A stretch of 43,945 nt of DNA, from positions 1 through 43,945 of the forward strand of contig VMTH01000007.1 of NCBI GenBank assembly GCA_013791745.1. The letters run 5' to 3'. Below, in pieces: positions 17,434-27,900 of this stretch. How positions within the stretch are numbered: position 1 is the stretch's first letter; every line of letters starts with the position of its first letter. Source of the stretch: Candidatus Omnitrophota bacterium. Lineage in GTDB: Bacteria > CG03. A program made the translations under genes and the position numbers. A model generated the notes under the pieces. That model saw only the letters and a program-made list of their open reading frames with translations, did no database searches and was not told the origin of the DNA.

Positions 17434-18909
17434 TTAAATCTTTAAGAAACTGTCTTTTTCAATCACCTTACGGCCGTTAACAAAAAGATATTCCAGCCCT
17501 TCGGCATAAGAATGGGGATTTTCCACAGAAGCTCTATCCGAAAAAATACCCGGATCGAATACCGCTATATCGGCGGCATATCCTTCTTTGATATAGCCTC
17601 TGTCCTTAATCCTGAATTTTTCGGCCGGCAGCGAGGTCATCGAGCGCAGAGCATGGCTTAACGATATCAGCCGCTCATCTTTGACAAACTGCCGGAGTTT
17701 ACGCGGAAAATTCCCGTAACTTCGGGGATGAGGCTTTGCCTCTCCGAAAACCTGCGTCCATCCGTCGGAACCGGATAAAATATAGTCTTTTTTCATTATT
17801 GACCGGACATTCTCAATATCCTGGCTCATGAATATGCAAAAGGGCGGCTCCGGAGAGAAGACAAGCTCCATGAGAACATCTATCGGCGGGCGCGAAAACT
17901 CTTCCGCTATGGCGCTTATGCTTTTCCCCTCGTAATCGCCGCGCTGAGGATAAACGCTTATTATTATCCTCTCCGGCGGCAGATAATTAAATTTGCTTTC
18001 AAGTTCTGATTTCAGCGCCTCGTAACACCCCCCCTTCCTGTGCTCGGTTTTCAAAACACTGCCGTCAAGAAATTCCGGATTGACGAGCAGAGTTATATAG
18101 GTCGAGCCGTAATCATAGGCATATTGATCGGCTGTGACATCAAGACCTTCCCCGCGCGCGGCTTCAATTTTTTCAAGCGAGACTTCCGCCGGCAAGGCGT
18201 TCAAGGGCGCTGATATTTTCAGGTGTGAGATTTCAAGCGACACGCCTGTCCTGTATGCTATGCCGATCGCCTCATCAACAGCGTCAGTCACGCCGAGGCC
18301 GGTTTCGCTCCTCATATGAGTGGCGTATACACCTCCCCGCCGCTGGCAAACGCGGGCCATAACCTCGATCTCTTCTTTTGAAGCAAAACATCCGGGGGAA
18401 TATTCAAGCCCTGTGGAAAAACCCCGCGCTCCCTCATCCATTTCTTCTTCAAGAGCTTCCGCCATTTTCTTTATATCAGCGTGTGAGAGTATCTTTTTAT
18501 CGCCAAAGAGCCTTAACCTTAACATCCCGTGGGGAACAAGATGGATGACATTCGTTCCGAAATTATTTTTCCGGGCCCAGCCGAGCCATTTAGCTGTGCC
18601 GCTTTCGCCGAGGCCGCAGTTTCCCGTGACGACAGTTGTGACCCCCTGACGAAGATAGCAGAGATTGGATTTTACGGACTCCCCAGCGGATGAACGTTCC
18701 TCGCCGATAAGATCCATCACCGCGAGGTCACAGTGAGTGTGAACGTCAATAAAACCGGGGCTGACAACGCGTCCCGAGGCGTCTATAATTTTTTCCGCGG
18801 GGCCGTCTATTTTGCCCACGGCCGCTATCTTCCCGTCTTTCAAAGCCACATCGGCTTTTGAAAATGCCCGGCCGTCAAAAACATCTCCACCTTTGATGAT
18901 GTAATCCAA
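17434..18909 (-). CDS. N-acyl-D-amino-acid deacylase (D-aminoacylase) family amidohydrolase
   Basis: 491 aa. The N-terminus DYIIKGGDVFDG...GRVVSPGFIDVHTHCD is typical of D-aminoacylases. The start codon is TTG, with AAGGCGG upstream. Confidence 0.75.
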   Translation of the reverse strand: MDYIIKGGDVFDGRAFSKADVALKDGKIAAVGKIDGPAEKIIDASGRVVSPGFIDVHTHCDLAVMDLIGEERSSAGESVKSNLCYLRQGVTTVVTGNCGLGESGTAKWLGWARKNNFGTNVIHLVPHGMLRLRLFGDKKILSHADIKKMAEALEEEMDEGARGFSTGLEYSPGCFASKEEIEVMARVCQRRGGVYATHMRSETGLGVTDAVDEAIGIAYRTGVSLEISHLKISAPLNALPAEVSLEKIEAARGEGLDVTADQYAYDYGSTYITLLVNPEFLDGSVLKTEHRKGGCYEALKSELESKFNYLPPERIIISVYPQRGDYEGKSISAIAEEFSRPPIDVLMELVFSPEPPFCIFMSQDIENVRSIMKKDYILSGSDGWTQVFGEAKPHPRSYGNFPRKLRQFVKDERLISLSHALRSMTSLPAEKFRIKDRGYIKEGYAADIAVFDPGIFSDRASVENPHSYAEGLEYLFVNGRKVIEKDSFLKI

Positions 18910-18920
18910 ATTTTCCGCCT

Positions 18921-19907
18921 TTATAACGGCTCTTTTTTCAGGACTTTCATGGCCGCTTTGTAGCCGGCGTCAACGGCTTCGCCGCCGCGGTAAAATTCAA
19001 GAAGGCCGATGGAACTTGTGTCGGGTGATATGAGCACATCAGCCCCGCCGGCATTCTCCTTCGCCGAGGCGTACTCCAGGATGTATACGGCATTCAGGAT
19101 CGTCTCAAAAATACCGGGCATATCGGGCAGGTCCTTCAAAACATTCTTGTAGAATTTCTTTTTCAGTTTTTCAGTGTATTCCACGGCGGAAGAGATGAGA
19201 TCGCTGTTTTCCTCTGTCAGTTTTTCCACAGCTTTTTCCAGAGCCGTCAGAACCGGCAGCGCGTCCGAAGGCCTGCGGACAGCCGTTTTTTTACGCGTCC
19301 GTGAGTTAAGTTTTTTAGAGGGGTCGCAAATGACATTGGATGCGATGACGCGTCCCGCGCCCATCCGGCGGGCGGTCTCTACCGGCACCGGCTCTATGAT
19401 CCCGCCGTCAACAAAAAAACTTGCGCCGAGGGGAACGGGTGTGAATATACCGGGAATGGATATACTCGCCCTCACCGCTTCAACAACGGAACCCTTGTTT
19501 ATAACCTTTCTCACGCCTTTTTTAATATCGCAGGTCACCACGGACAAAGGTATTTTTAGATCGGAGAAAGAAACATCTCCTATGCAGACTTTAAGGAATT
19601 CTTTCACTTTTTCACCGTGTATAACGCCCTTGTTCAGCATAAAAAAATGAGGATCGGCCAACCCCACGAGCTTCTTCCAGTCAAGGTGACGGGCTATATG
19701 CTCCAGGTCATCTATGCGGCCTTCTCTGGCGAAAGCCGCCCCCACAAGAGCGCCCATGCTGGAGCCCGCGATCATATCTATTTTAACGCCCTTCTCAAGA
19801 ATGGCTTTTATAACGCCTATGTGCGCGATGCCCCGGGCGGAGCCGGAACCCAGCGCCAGAGCTGTGGGCGTATTTTTGCTTAATATTTTCCGGACAGTTT
19901 TGATCAT
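18921..19907 (-). CDS. Patatin-like phospholipase (RssA-like)
   Basis: 328 aa. It has the oxyanion motif GSGSARG, the nucleophile elbow GSSMGA, and the catalytic Asp in DGG (FFVDGGI). A 4-nt overlap links it to the transketolase gene. Confidence 0.85.
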   Translation of the reverse strand: MIKTVRKILSKNTPTALALGSGSARGIAHIGVIKAILEKGVKIDMIAGSSMGALVGAAFAREGRIDDLEHIARHLDWKKLVGLADPHFFMLNKGVIHGEKVKEFLKVCIGDVSFSDLKIPLSVVTCDIKKGVRKVINKGSVVEAVRASISIPGIFTPVPLGASFFVDGGIIEPVPVETARRMGAGRVIASNVICDPSKKLNSRTRKKTAVRRPSDALPVLTALEKAVEKLTEENSDLISSAVEYTEKLKKKFYKNVLKDLPDMPGIFETILNAVYILEYASAKENAGGADVLISPDTSSIGLLEFYRGGEAVDAGYKAAMKVLKKEPL

Positions 19908-21802
19908 CCCTTCTCCAGAAGTTTTTTTATGGATCTCACATCGAGCGAGAATTCTTTAAAGAGACAGCTTTTGTCTCTCGCCGAAAATGTGAAACCATCA
20001 GCTCCTCGTCTGAGAACTTGCATATTCAAACCCGCTTTTAAAACATGTTTGCTTATCTCATCGGCGAGGCCGCCGGATGTGACGCCCTCTTCCAGAACAA
20101 TGATTTTTTTAAAAGGACTGAGCATCGCAAGCGTTTTTTTGTGGTCAAGATAATTCTGGGCGCTGAACGCCGCCACAGCCGCGCCTACGGCGGACGAGGA
20201 CGCCGCGGATGATGACAGTTCAGCAACGGCTCTCAGCGCGTAAGAAGCCAGATGAGGCCCGGAAACAACAATGCAGATCTTCTTCCCCTCTTTCAGCATG
20301 ACGCCGCTGTCGATTGAGAACTTTCCGGCAGTCTCCTTAAAAGGAAAATCCCGCGGGCTTCGCCGCAACTTGATATAAACGGGATAATTCCATGATTTTT
20401 TCGCACCGCTCAGATAATATTTCAGTAATTTCCTTGTTTCAGACGCGGAGAACGGATCATAAACCCTCATGGAGTGTATTGAACGCATCATGGGGATGTC
20501 CCCCGTCATCTGATGCGTTTTACCGTCGGTGGCGTAGCACAGTCCCGAATAACTGCCCGCGTAGATCACGGGGGTCTTCTCCGTGGCATTGACATATATC
20601 TGCTCAAAACATCTCCGGAAAAAACTCGCGTAAGTGTTCACAACCGGAATAAAGCCGGAAAGAGCGAACCCCCCCGCCGTGGATGCCATGTCCTGCTCGG
20701 CAATGCCCGATTCCACAAATCTTTTTCCGTATTTTTCCGCTATGGGCGTGAGTTTCATGGATTTTTCAAGATCGGCGTCCAGCACGATTATCTTCCTGTT
20801 TTTACGCATAAGAGAAAAAAGCTCATCGGCAAAAGCGTCTCTGGTTGAAAGTTCGCGGCATGACGGAATTCCAACCGCCGCCGGGGCGGCGGGCGGGATT
20901 CCCCACCGCCCGAAGGCTTCTTTGATACACGCGGCTCCGGTCCCGGTGACAAGTTCTTCCAGTATGCGCGCGTATTCCTCCGCCGACGGCACCTTTGAAT
21001 GCCAGACGGCCTTTCTCCGTGAGGGATTTTTCATGGCCGTCACGGAGCTGCCCGCGCCTTTTATGGTGTCGGCGATGATCACGCAATTATCTTTCCCGCA
21101 CGCAAGAGCGAATGCCTTTGCCAGACTTTCCATGTCATTGCCACGCGCTGTAATGACTTTAAAGCCGAAGCCCGACAAAGTTTTTTCAAGATCATCTATG
21201 GCCTTTATATCCCTCACCGCGCTGTCGGTCTGGAGATTGTTCCTGTCAATTATCGGGACGAGTTCCGTCAGGCGGTTTTTTCTGATACTCATCAAAGCCT
21301 CAAAATTCTGGCCTTCCTGCAGTTCACCGTCGCCGAGTATCACAAAAGCCCGCCGTTTTTCTTTTTTAAGGCGAGAGGCCATGATCATTCCGGCGGCCTT
21401 TGACAGAGACTGTCCGAGAGATCCCGTGTTAGACGCGATACCGGGAGTGCTCATATCCGTGTGCGCCTGCAAACCGCGGGGAGTCTTGTACGAAAGAAGC
21501 TCTTCAAAGTTTATGACGCCTTTGGCGGCAAGAGCGGCATACTGCGCGGGAGCGGCGTGACCCTTGCTGAGTATGAGTATATCCCGGGCCTTCATCCCCC
21601 TGAAATAAAGATATGTCACAATATCAGCGCAGGAAAACGAAGCTCCCAGCCAGCCGTGTTCAGCGGATTTTATCGCCGCGAGAGCATTAATTCTGTTGAC
21701 AGCGGCAAGACGCGCGAGTGTTGTAACTGAAGCTTTCTTAGGAAGTTTCCCGAAAGCTTTTCTGAAAAGCGCTTTATCTACAAGGAATATTTTTCCCGGC
21801 AT
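19904..21802 (-). CDS. Transketolase-family TPP enzyme (N- and C-terminal halves fused)
   Basis: 632 aa. The N-terminal block is GWLGASFSCADIVTYLYF...LSKGHAAPAQYA. The TPP motif is GDGELQEGQNFEA...N. The pyrimidine-binding half has GIAEQDMASTAGGFALSGFIPVVNTYASF. Confidence 0.8.
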   Translation of the reverse strand: MPGKIFLVDKALFRKAFGKLPKKASVTTLARLAAVNRINALAAIKSAEHGWLGASFSCADIVTYLYFRGMKARDILILSKGHAAPAQYAALAAKGVINFEELLSYKTPRGLQAHTDMSTPGIASNTGSLGQSLSKAAGMIMASRLKKEKRRAFVILGDGELQEGQNFEALMSIRKNRLTELVPIIDRNNLQTDSAVRDIKAIDDLEKTLSGFGFKVITARGNDMESLAKAFALACGKDNCVIIADTIKGAGSSVTAMKNPSRRKAVWHSKVPSAEEYARILEELVTGTGAACIKEAFGRWGIPPAAPAAVGIPSCRELSTRDAFADELFSLMRKNRKIIVLDADLEKSMKLTPIAEKYGKRFVESGIAEQDMASTAGGFALSGFIPVVNTYASFFRRCFEQIYVNATEKTPVIYAGSYSGLCYATDGKTHQMTGDIPMMRSIHSMRVYDPFSASETRKLLKYYLSGAKKSWNYPVYIKLRRSPRDFPFKETAGKFSIDSGVMLKEGKKICIVVSGPHLASYALRAVAELSSSAASSSAVGAAVAAFSAQNYLDHKKTLAMLSPFKKIIVLEEGVTSGGLADEISKHVLKAGLNMQVLRRGADGFTFSARDKSCLFKEFSLDVRSIKKLLEKG

Positions 21803-21812
21803 ACGAAAATTC

Positions 21813-23336
21813 TCAATAATGGAAGGCGCTCTCGCCTATGAATTCCCTGAGTATGGAATTGTGCGGCACTCTCTTGGGCGGTATGACCAGAAAAAAACGC
21901 AAGAAATATAAAAGCCGCCTCGCCTCAAAATAGGAATCATCCGTCTTCTTCACATTTTTGAGCAGTTTTTCAACCAGCGGCTTTATAACCGCCTGCTCGT
22001 ATATCAGCGAGGAATTGAAGAAGACATCGCAGGTGCGCTGAAAAGGAAATATGTATCTGTCTTCGCCTTCCCTCACTTTCGGAAAGCGCTTTATTGAGTC
22101 CGAAGCCGAATAGCCCCTGAATTTATTGTCTCTGACAATGCGCCTTATCAGACGCGAATCCGAAGTAAAAATCCTGTTGTCGTTATCTATCCCCAGCTGC
22201 GTGAGGGCGCTGACAAAAATTTTGAAAAATTTCCCCGACGGTATATTCGGCAGTATCGCGGGGTTGAGGGCGTGTATCCCTTCTATGAGCACCAGCGAAT
22301 CCCTCTCCAGCCGCAGCCGGCGGCCTGTGTATTTACGGCGGCCCAGCTTAAAATCATATTCCTGGAGGCGTATCTCTTTACCCTCAAGGAGCTCCTGCAT
22401 CTGGCGTCTCAGGAATTTGAGATCCAGCGCGCGGACCGACTCAAAATCGTAATCACCGTCCTTCGTGCGGGGGGTTTTTTCGCGCGAGTGGAAATAGTTG
22501 TCAAGCGATATTTCCGTGGACTTGAGCCCGTCGGCCCGAAGCTGGACGCCCAGCCTTTTTATAAATGTCGTTTTACCCGAAGAAGAAGGCCCTGCCACGC
22601 ATATTATTCTCCTGCGCGGAAAGGAGGCCTTTATCATATTAGCTATTTCAACTATCTTGCGTTCGTGAAAAGCCTCCTGCACGTTTATCAAAGTCCTGAT
22701 GGAGCCGTCCGCGATGGCGCAGTTAAGATCGCCGGCGTTTTGTATCCCGAGAATACGGTTCCATTCTTTGGTTTCCATATACACTCTGTAAAGTTTTTTC
22801 TGCCTGTCTTTGGTAGCGGGCAGTTTTTCTATATCGCCCCTCACGGGGAACTGCAGTATAAAGCCGTGGTTGTATCTGACAAGACGGAAAGTTCTGATGC
22901 TCCCGGCCGAATAAACAGTTTCGGCCAGCATAAAGTCAAAATAGCCCCGTAAAAAAACGATATCTATTTCCGCGTCCGGCAGATAGCGCACGGCGTTATA
23001 TTTATCCTCCCTGCCGTATTTCCGGCAGAGCCTCATAACACGACCTTTCTTCATCCTCACCCTGGTGAATTTTTCGTCCGAGGCGATTATCTCTCTCATG
23101 CGGCGGGAGACACTGTTGATAAACGACGAAGTGATTCTCTCGCCGCCGTTTATCTCATAGAAATAACCGTTCATCAGTGTCTGTCCCACATGCAGGGAAG
23201 AATCAGGGTAAAGCTCGTGTATGGCGCACTCGAGCAGTATGGACAAACTGCGGCGGTAGATCTCGGCGCCGTGCTTAGTGTTGAAACTGACCCTGCCGCG
23301 CTCAAGCGCTATATAAAAATCTTTGTGTTTTTCCAT
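21813..23336 (-). CDS. Long-form uridine kinase-like nucleoside kinase (N-terminal extension + Udk/PRK-family P-loop domain)
   Basis: 507 aa. The P-loop is VAGPSSSGKTTF. It is followed by ISLDNYF...DYDFESVRALDLKFL...LLEGKEIRLQEYDF and LIEGIHALNP, the uridine kinase pattern. Confidence 0.7.
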   Translation of the reverse strand: MEKHKDFYIALERGRVSFNTKHGAEIYRRSLSILLECAIHELYPDSSLHVGQTLMNGYFYEINGGERITSSFINSVSRRMREIIASDEKFTRVRMKKGRVMRLCRKYGREDKYNAVRYLPDAEIDIVFLRGYFDFMLAETVYSAGSIRTFRLVRYNHGFILQFPVRGDIEKLPATKDRQKKLYRVYMETKEWNRILGIQNAGDLNCAIADGSIRTLINVQEAFHERKIVEIANMIKASFPRRRIICVAGPSSSGKTTFIKRLGVQLRADGLKSTEISLDNYFHSREKTPRTKDGDYDFESVRALDLKFLRRQMQELLEGKEIRLQEYDFKLGRRKYTGRRLRLERDSLVLIEGIHALNPAILPNIPSGKFFKIFVSALTQLGIDNDNRIFTSDSRLIRRIVRDNKFRGYSASDSIKRFPKVREGEDRYIFPFQRTCDVFFNSSLIYEQAVIKPLVEKLLKNVKKTDDSYFEARRLLYFLRFFLVIPPKRVPHNSILREFIGESAFHY

Positions 23337-23417
23337 AAGGCTTGTATTTTAGCTTAAAAACCAGGAAAGAAAAAGGGGAAAAATATCAGAACCGCCCTTA
23401 TTGTCATAACTGAATAA

Positions 23418-24050
23418 CTAAATACCCGGCACCAATTGCGGCGCCAATTGAAAGAGCTTTTGAAAACGCCTGATGGCCCCGGCGGGATCAGACGATGAGG
23501 CCACCGCCGATATGGCGCACAGGGCGTCGGCACCGGCGGAGATGACTTCCCGCGCATTGTCAAAATTTATTCCGCCTATGGCGACAAGAGGCAGTTTTGA
23601 AAAAGATCTTATTCTTTTTATCAGCTCGATCCCGCAGGAGGCGCCGGCGTCTTTCTTTGTGGATGTGGCAAAGACAGGGCTTATCCCCAGATAATCAGCG
23701 CCGAGACGCTCGGCTGCGCGCGCCTCATCCTCGTTATGCACGGTGACGCCTATTATTTTATCTTTACCAAGGAGCCGCCGGGCCTCGTCCAGCGGCATAT
23801 CGTCCTGGCCTATGTGCGCGCCATCCGCCGAAACGGCTAAAGCTATGTCTATCCTGTCGTTTATTATGAGCGCCGCATTCCGGCATATCTCCCTCAGGCG
23901 CGAGGCTTCTTCAAAAAGGATTTTTGTTGAAGCGTTTTTCTCCCTGTACTGGACGACCCCGACGCCGCATTTCACGGCAAGAGAAACATCATCGAGCACA
24001 CCCGCCCGGCTCAAGGCGGAATCCGTGATGAAGTAATAGCCCCTGATCAC
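23418..24050 (-). CDS. thiE: Thiamine-phosphate synthase
   Basis: 210 aa. It reads YFITD...VQYREK...INDRIDIALAVSADGAHIGQDD...ISPVFATSTK...PLVAIGGI. A 4-nt overlap links it to thiM. Confidence 0.9.
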   Translation of the reverse strand: MIRGYYFITDSALSRAGVLDDVSLAVKCGVGVVQYREKNASTKILFEEASRLREICRNAALIINDRIDIALAVSADGAHIGQDDMPLDEARRLLGKDKIIGVTVHNEDEARAAERLGADYLGISPVFATSTKKDAGASCGIELIKRIRSFSKLPLVAIGGINFDNAREVISAGADALCAISAVASSSDPAGAIRRFQKLFQLAPQLVPGI

Positions 24051-24832
24051 GCGAGCTTTTCCAGTGTTTCTATCTGCTGCCTGTTCAGATTATACACACA
24101 GTCAAACAGGTCATTTTTGAAACTACCCGTGCCCGTGCAAATCTCAGAAGCGATTTCGGCGGCTATGCCGAAACAGACCAGCGCCGAGGCCGAGGCGCGG
24201 GCAAGATCCTTATTCACCGCGGCAAAAGTTCCGATGACGGAGGCGGCCATGCATCCTGTGCCCACGATCGTTCCCATCATATCCGTGCCGTTTGACACCT
24301 TATAAACCCGGGAAGCGTCCGAGATAATATCCTCTTTGCCCGTGATAACGACCGTACAGGATTTTTTCGCGGCCAGTTCAGAGGCCATCACGGAAAGATC
24401 GGCGTCCACAGAGCCGCTGTCAACGCCCTTGGTCTTCACTTCCATTCCCGTCACGCGCGCGATCTCAGAAGCGTTGCCTTTAATGATATTCACTTTAACG
24501 CTTTCCAGGATCTCATAGACCTTTTCGTCCCTGAAACGCGTCGCTCCCGCCCCGCAGACATCCAGCACGACGGGAATGCCCTTTTTGTTGGCGGCGCCAG
24601 CGGCCAGTTTCATGGCTTCTATCAGTTCGATTGTCAGCGTTCCTATATTGAGCACCAGCGCCGAGGCGAGAGAAGCCATGTCCGCGGCTTCCTCTTGTGC
24701 GTGGGCCATGACGGGGCTCGCGCCGAAAGATTTGACAATATTTGCGCAATCATAGATCGTCACCCAGTTGGTTATGTGATGTACCAGCGGTTTTTCCTTT
24801 CTCACTTTTTCCAGCAATTCCCATGTGCTCAT
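24047..24832 (-). CDS. thiM: Hydroxyethylthiazole kinase
   Basis: 261 aa. It reads PLVHHITNWVTIYDCANIVKSFGASPVMA...NIGTL...PVVLDVCGAGAT.FR...IKGNASEI...TGCM. Confidence 0.9.
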   Translation of the reverse strand: MSTWELLEKVRKEKPLVHHITNWVTIYDCANIVKSFGASPVMAHAQEEAADMASLASALVLNIGTLTIELIEAMKLAAGAANKKGIPVVLDVCGAGATRFRDEKVYEILESVKVNIIKGNASEIARVTGMEVKTKGVDSGSVDADLSVMASELAAKKSCTVVITGKEDIISDASRVYKVSNGTDMMGTIVGTGCMAASVIGTFAAVNKDLARASASALVCFGIAAEIASEICTGTGSFKNDLFDCVYNLNRQQIETLEKLA

Positions 24833-24875
24833 TAAATCCTCCCAATATACAATTCTCTCTAATCAATACAGACGA

Positions 24876-24904
24876 ATTCTATAACTCTTCACGATTTCAG
24901 TCAA
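24876..24904 (-). promoter_or_regulatory. Candidate sigma70-type promoter of thiM-thiE
   Basis: The minus strand reads TTGACT (24904-24899), a 17-nt spacer, then TAGAAT (24881-24876). This lies about 45 nt upstream of the thiM ATG. Confidence 0.4.
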
Positions 24905-24999
24905 CACAGACAGCCGCCGCTATTTGTTTTTTTTTGGCGAATTATATAAGATTTTACCGTAATGATTTGGAAAACTTACAAAACCCGGGGGAAAATAAC

Positions 25000-27900
25000 A
25001 TGAGCGAAATCAAAAAAAACATGCAGGCTATCGACGGCAACACGGCGGCGGCGCATGTCGCCTACGCTTTCAGCGAAGTGGCGGCGATATATCCCATAAC
25101 GCCCAGCACGACTATGGGGGAGCTTTCCGAACAGTGGTCAGCTCAGGGCCGCAAAAATCTTTTCGGTGAAAAGCTGAATGTAATAGAGATGCAATCTGAA
25201 TCCGGGGCCGCCGGAGCCGTCCACGGTTCATTGTCCGCAGGCGCCCTGACAACAACTTTCACCGCCTCCCAGGGGCTCATGCTGATGCTGCCCAACATGC
25301 ACAAAATCGCGGGTGAGCTCCTGCCTGCTGTCTTTCATGTTTCCGCCAGATCGCTCGCCTGCCAGTCGCTCTCAATATTCGGCGACCATTCCGACGTTAT
25401 GTCGGCGAGGAACACCGGCTTTGCCATGCTTGCGTCCTCATCCATACAGGAAGCGATGGACCTTGCCATCGTGTGCCATCTGGCCACTCTTGAATCAAGC
25501 ATTCCCTTCATGCACTTCTTTGACGGCTTCAGGACCTCTAACGAAATACAAAAAGTGGAAGTGCTGCCTTATGAACTGATGGCGGAACTGCTGGACATGC
25601 AATATATTGAAAAATTCCGCGCGAGATGTATGAATCCCAACCGGCCATACGCCAAGGTGGGAGCGGAAAACCCCGATGTCTATTTCCAGGGGAGAGAAAC
25701 GGTCAACCGCTATTATGACGCTATCCCGGAAATCGTAAAAAAATACATGGTAGCGGTCGGGAAGAAAATCGGCAGAGATTACAAATTGTTTGAATACACA
25801 GGGGCGCCGGACGCCGACAAAATAATAATCGCGATGGGCTCGGGCTGCGAAACAATAGAAGAGACCGTGGAATACCTGAACAAGCGCGGAGAAAAAGTCG
25901 GCGCCGTCAAGGTGCGCCTCTACAGGCCGTTCTCCGTGAAGGATTTCGTCTCCGTCATTCCGAAGTCCGTAAAAAAAATAGCTGTTCTCGACAGAACCAA
26001 AGAGCCGGGTTCCATAGGCGAGCCCCTGTATCTTGATACTGTAGCGGCCCTTAAAGGCAAAGATATAAAAATAATCGGCGGGCGTTACGGGCTTTCCTCA
26101 AAAGAATTCACGCCGGGAATGGTGAAAGCCGTTTATGAGCACCTGGGCAAAAACGGCGATCACGGATTCACGGTGGGAATAACCGACGATGTGACAAAAC
26201 TTTCAGTCACCGTGGAAGAAAACATAATAGCCGAGCCCGCCGGCACAATAAAAAGCAAATTCTGGGGTTACGGTTCCGACGGCACGGTCGGCGCCTGCAA
26301 AAACGCCATCAAGATAATCGGCGACAACACGGATATGAACGCGCAGGGTTATTTTGTTTACGACTCTAAAAAATCAGGCGGCATCACGATCTCCTATCTG
26401 CGATTCGGCAAAGAAAAAATACGCTCGCCCTACCTGCCGATAGAGTTTGATTTCGTGGCGCTCCACAAACCGGAATACATAGGCCGCTATGACATTCTGG
26501 ACGGCATAAAAGAAGGAGGCGTCTTTCTTATCAATTCCCCGGAGAAGACATCGGATATCTTCTCAAGCCTCACTGAAAAAATGCAGAAAACGCTGAGGGA
26601 CAATAAAATAAAATTCTATGCCATTAACGCTCTCAAGATAGCCGAAGAAGTCGGGCTGGGGCTCCGTATCAACACGGTGATGCTCGCCGCCTTCTTCAAG
26701 ATATCCGGCGTGCTCCCGGAAGATCAGGCGATAGAACTCCTGAAAAAAGCCATCAAGAAAACATACGGCCTCAAAGGTGACAAAGTTGTTAACATGAACT
26801 GGGCGGCGGTTGACAAAACAGCCGAGGCCCTTGTTCAGCTTGAAATACCTTCCGCAAGCGGCGAGCACACGGAAATAAAAAAACTTATACCCGAAAACGC
26901 GGGAGTTTTTGAAAAAACGATTATTGAGCCCGTGATGAGGCTCAAAGGCGATAACATAAGCGTTTCGCAGATGACCAATGACGGCGTGGTCCCGACAGCC
27001 ACCGCACGGCTTGAAAAAAGAGGGATCGCCCCGCTGGTTCCCCGCTGGATCAGCGATAAATGCATACAGTGCAATCAGTGCTCCTTCGTCTGCCCGCACT
27101 CTGTCGTAAGAGCCAAACAGATAGCTCCCGGAGATTTAAAAAATGCCCCCGCAAATTTTAAAACCGTGGAATCCAAAACAAAAAATGATAAAAGTCTCCA
27201 ATACCGGCTGCAAATTTATGCCGAGGACTGCACCGGATGCGGGAATTGCGTCAACACCTGCCCCGTCCAGGCTCTTGAGTTTCATCCCATAGAGGAAGAG
27301 CGGTCGGCGGGATCTTCGGCAAACACGGCATTTTTTGACAATCTCCCCGACGATATAACTGACGGCGTAAAAGAGACAACGGTCAAAGGCAGCCAGTTCC
27401 GGAGGCCCCTGTTTGAATTCCCCGGCGCTTGCGCGGGCTGCGGTGAATCGGCTTACATAAAAAATGTCACACAGCTCTTCGGAAAAAGGATGATAATCGC
27501 AAATGCCACGGGTTGCTCGTCAATATACGGCGGCACCTTCCCAACGATCCCTTATTGTCAGACAAAAGAAGGAACAGGCCCGGCTTGGGCAAACTCGCTG
27601 TTTGAGGATAATGCCGAATACGGCTTCGGTATGAGGCTGGCCGTTGATTCCAACAGGCAGCAATTGCTTTCAAATGTTAAGGCGCTCATTGAAAAGAATA
27701 TCTCGCCGGAGCTGACTCAATCCCTGAAAAAAAATGTTGAACTGTGGAAAAATGTTGACGCTGAAGCCAAGGCTGCGGCGGGCTCTACAAGATCCCTCCT
27801 CAAAGACGCTCTTAAAAAAGCTTCCGGCGGAGATAAGAAAATCATAAGCAAAATAATTGAGCTTCAGGATTATTTTGTGGATAAAAGCGTCTGGTGCATC

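Noticed and set aside
20634-21560. 308-aa plus-strand ORF (also 5736-6281, 8356-8829, 12832-13362 and similar)
   Set aside because: All are antisense to genes with strong family signatures (transketolase, acsB, nuoF-like, cooC). They have Ser/Arg/Pro-rich shadow composition.
24742-24999. 86-aa N-terminal extension of the PFOR ORF (track start 24742)
   Set aside because: The extension overlaps the thiM coding start and promoter, has no PFOR similarity and is Phe/Ser/Asn-rich. Conserved PFOR sequence begins at the ATG at 25000.
24833-24999. Expected TPP riboswitch in the thiM leader
   Set aside because: I read the minus strand and found no CUGAGA or ACCUGA...pyrimidine-sensor helix elements. 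Only a promoter-like TTGACT-17-TAGAAT is present. A covariance-model scan would be decisive.
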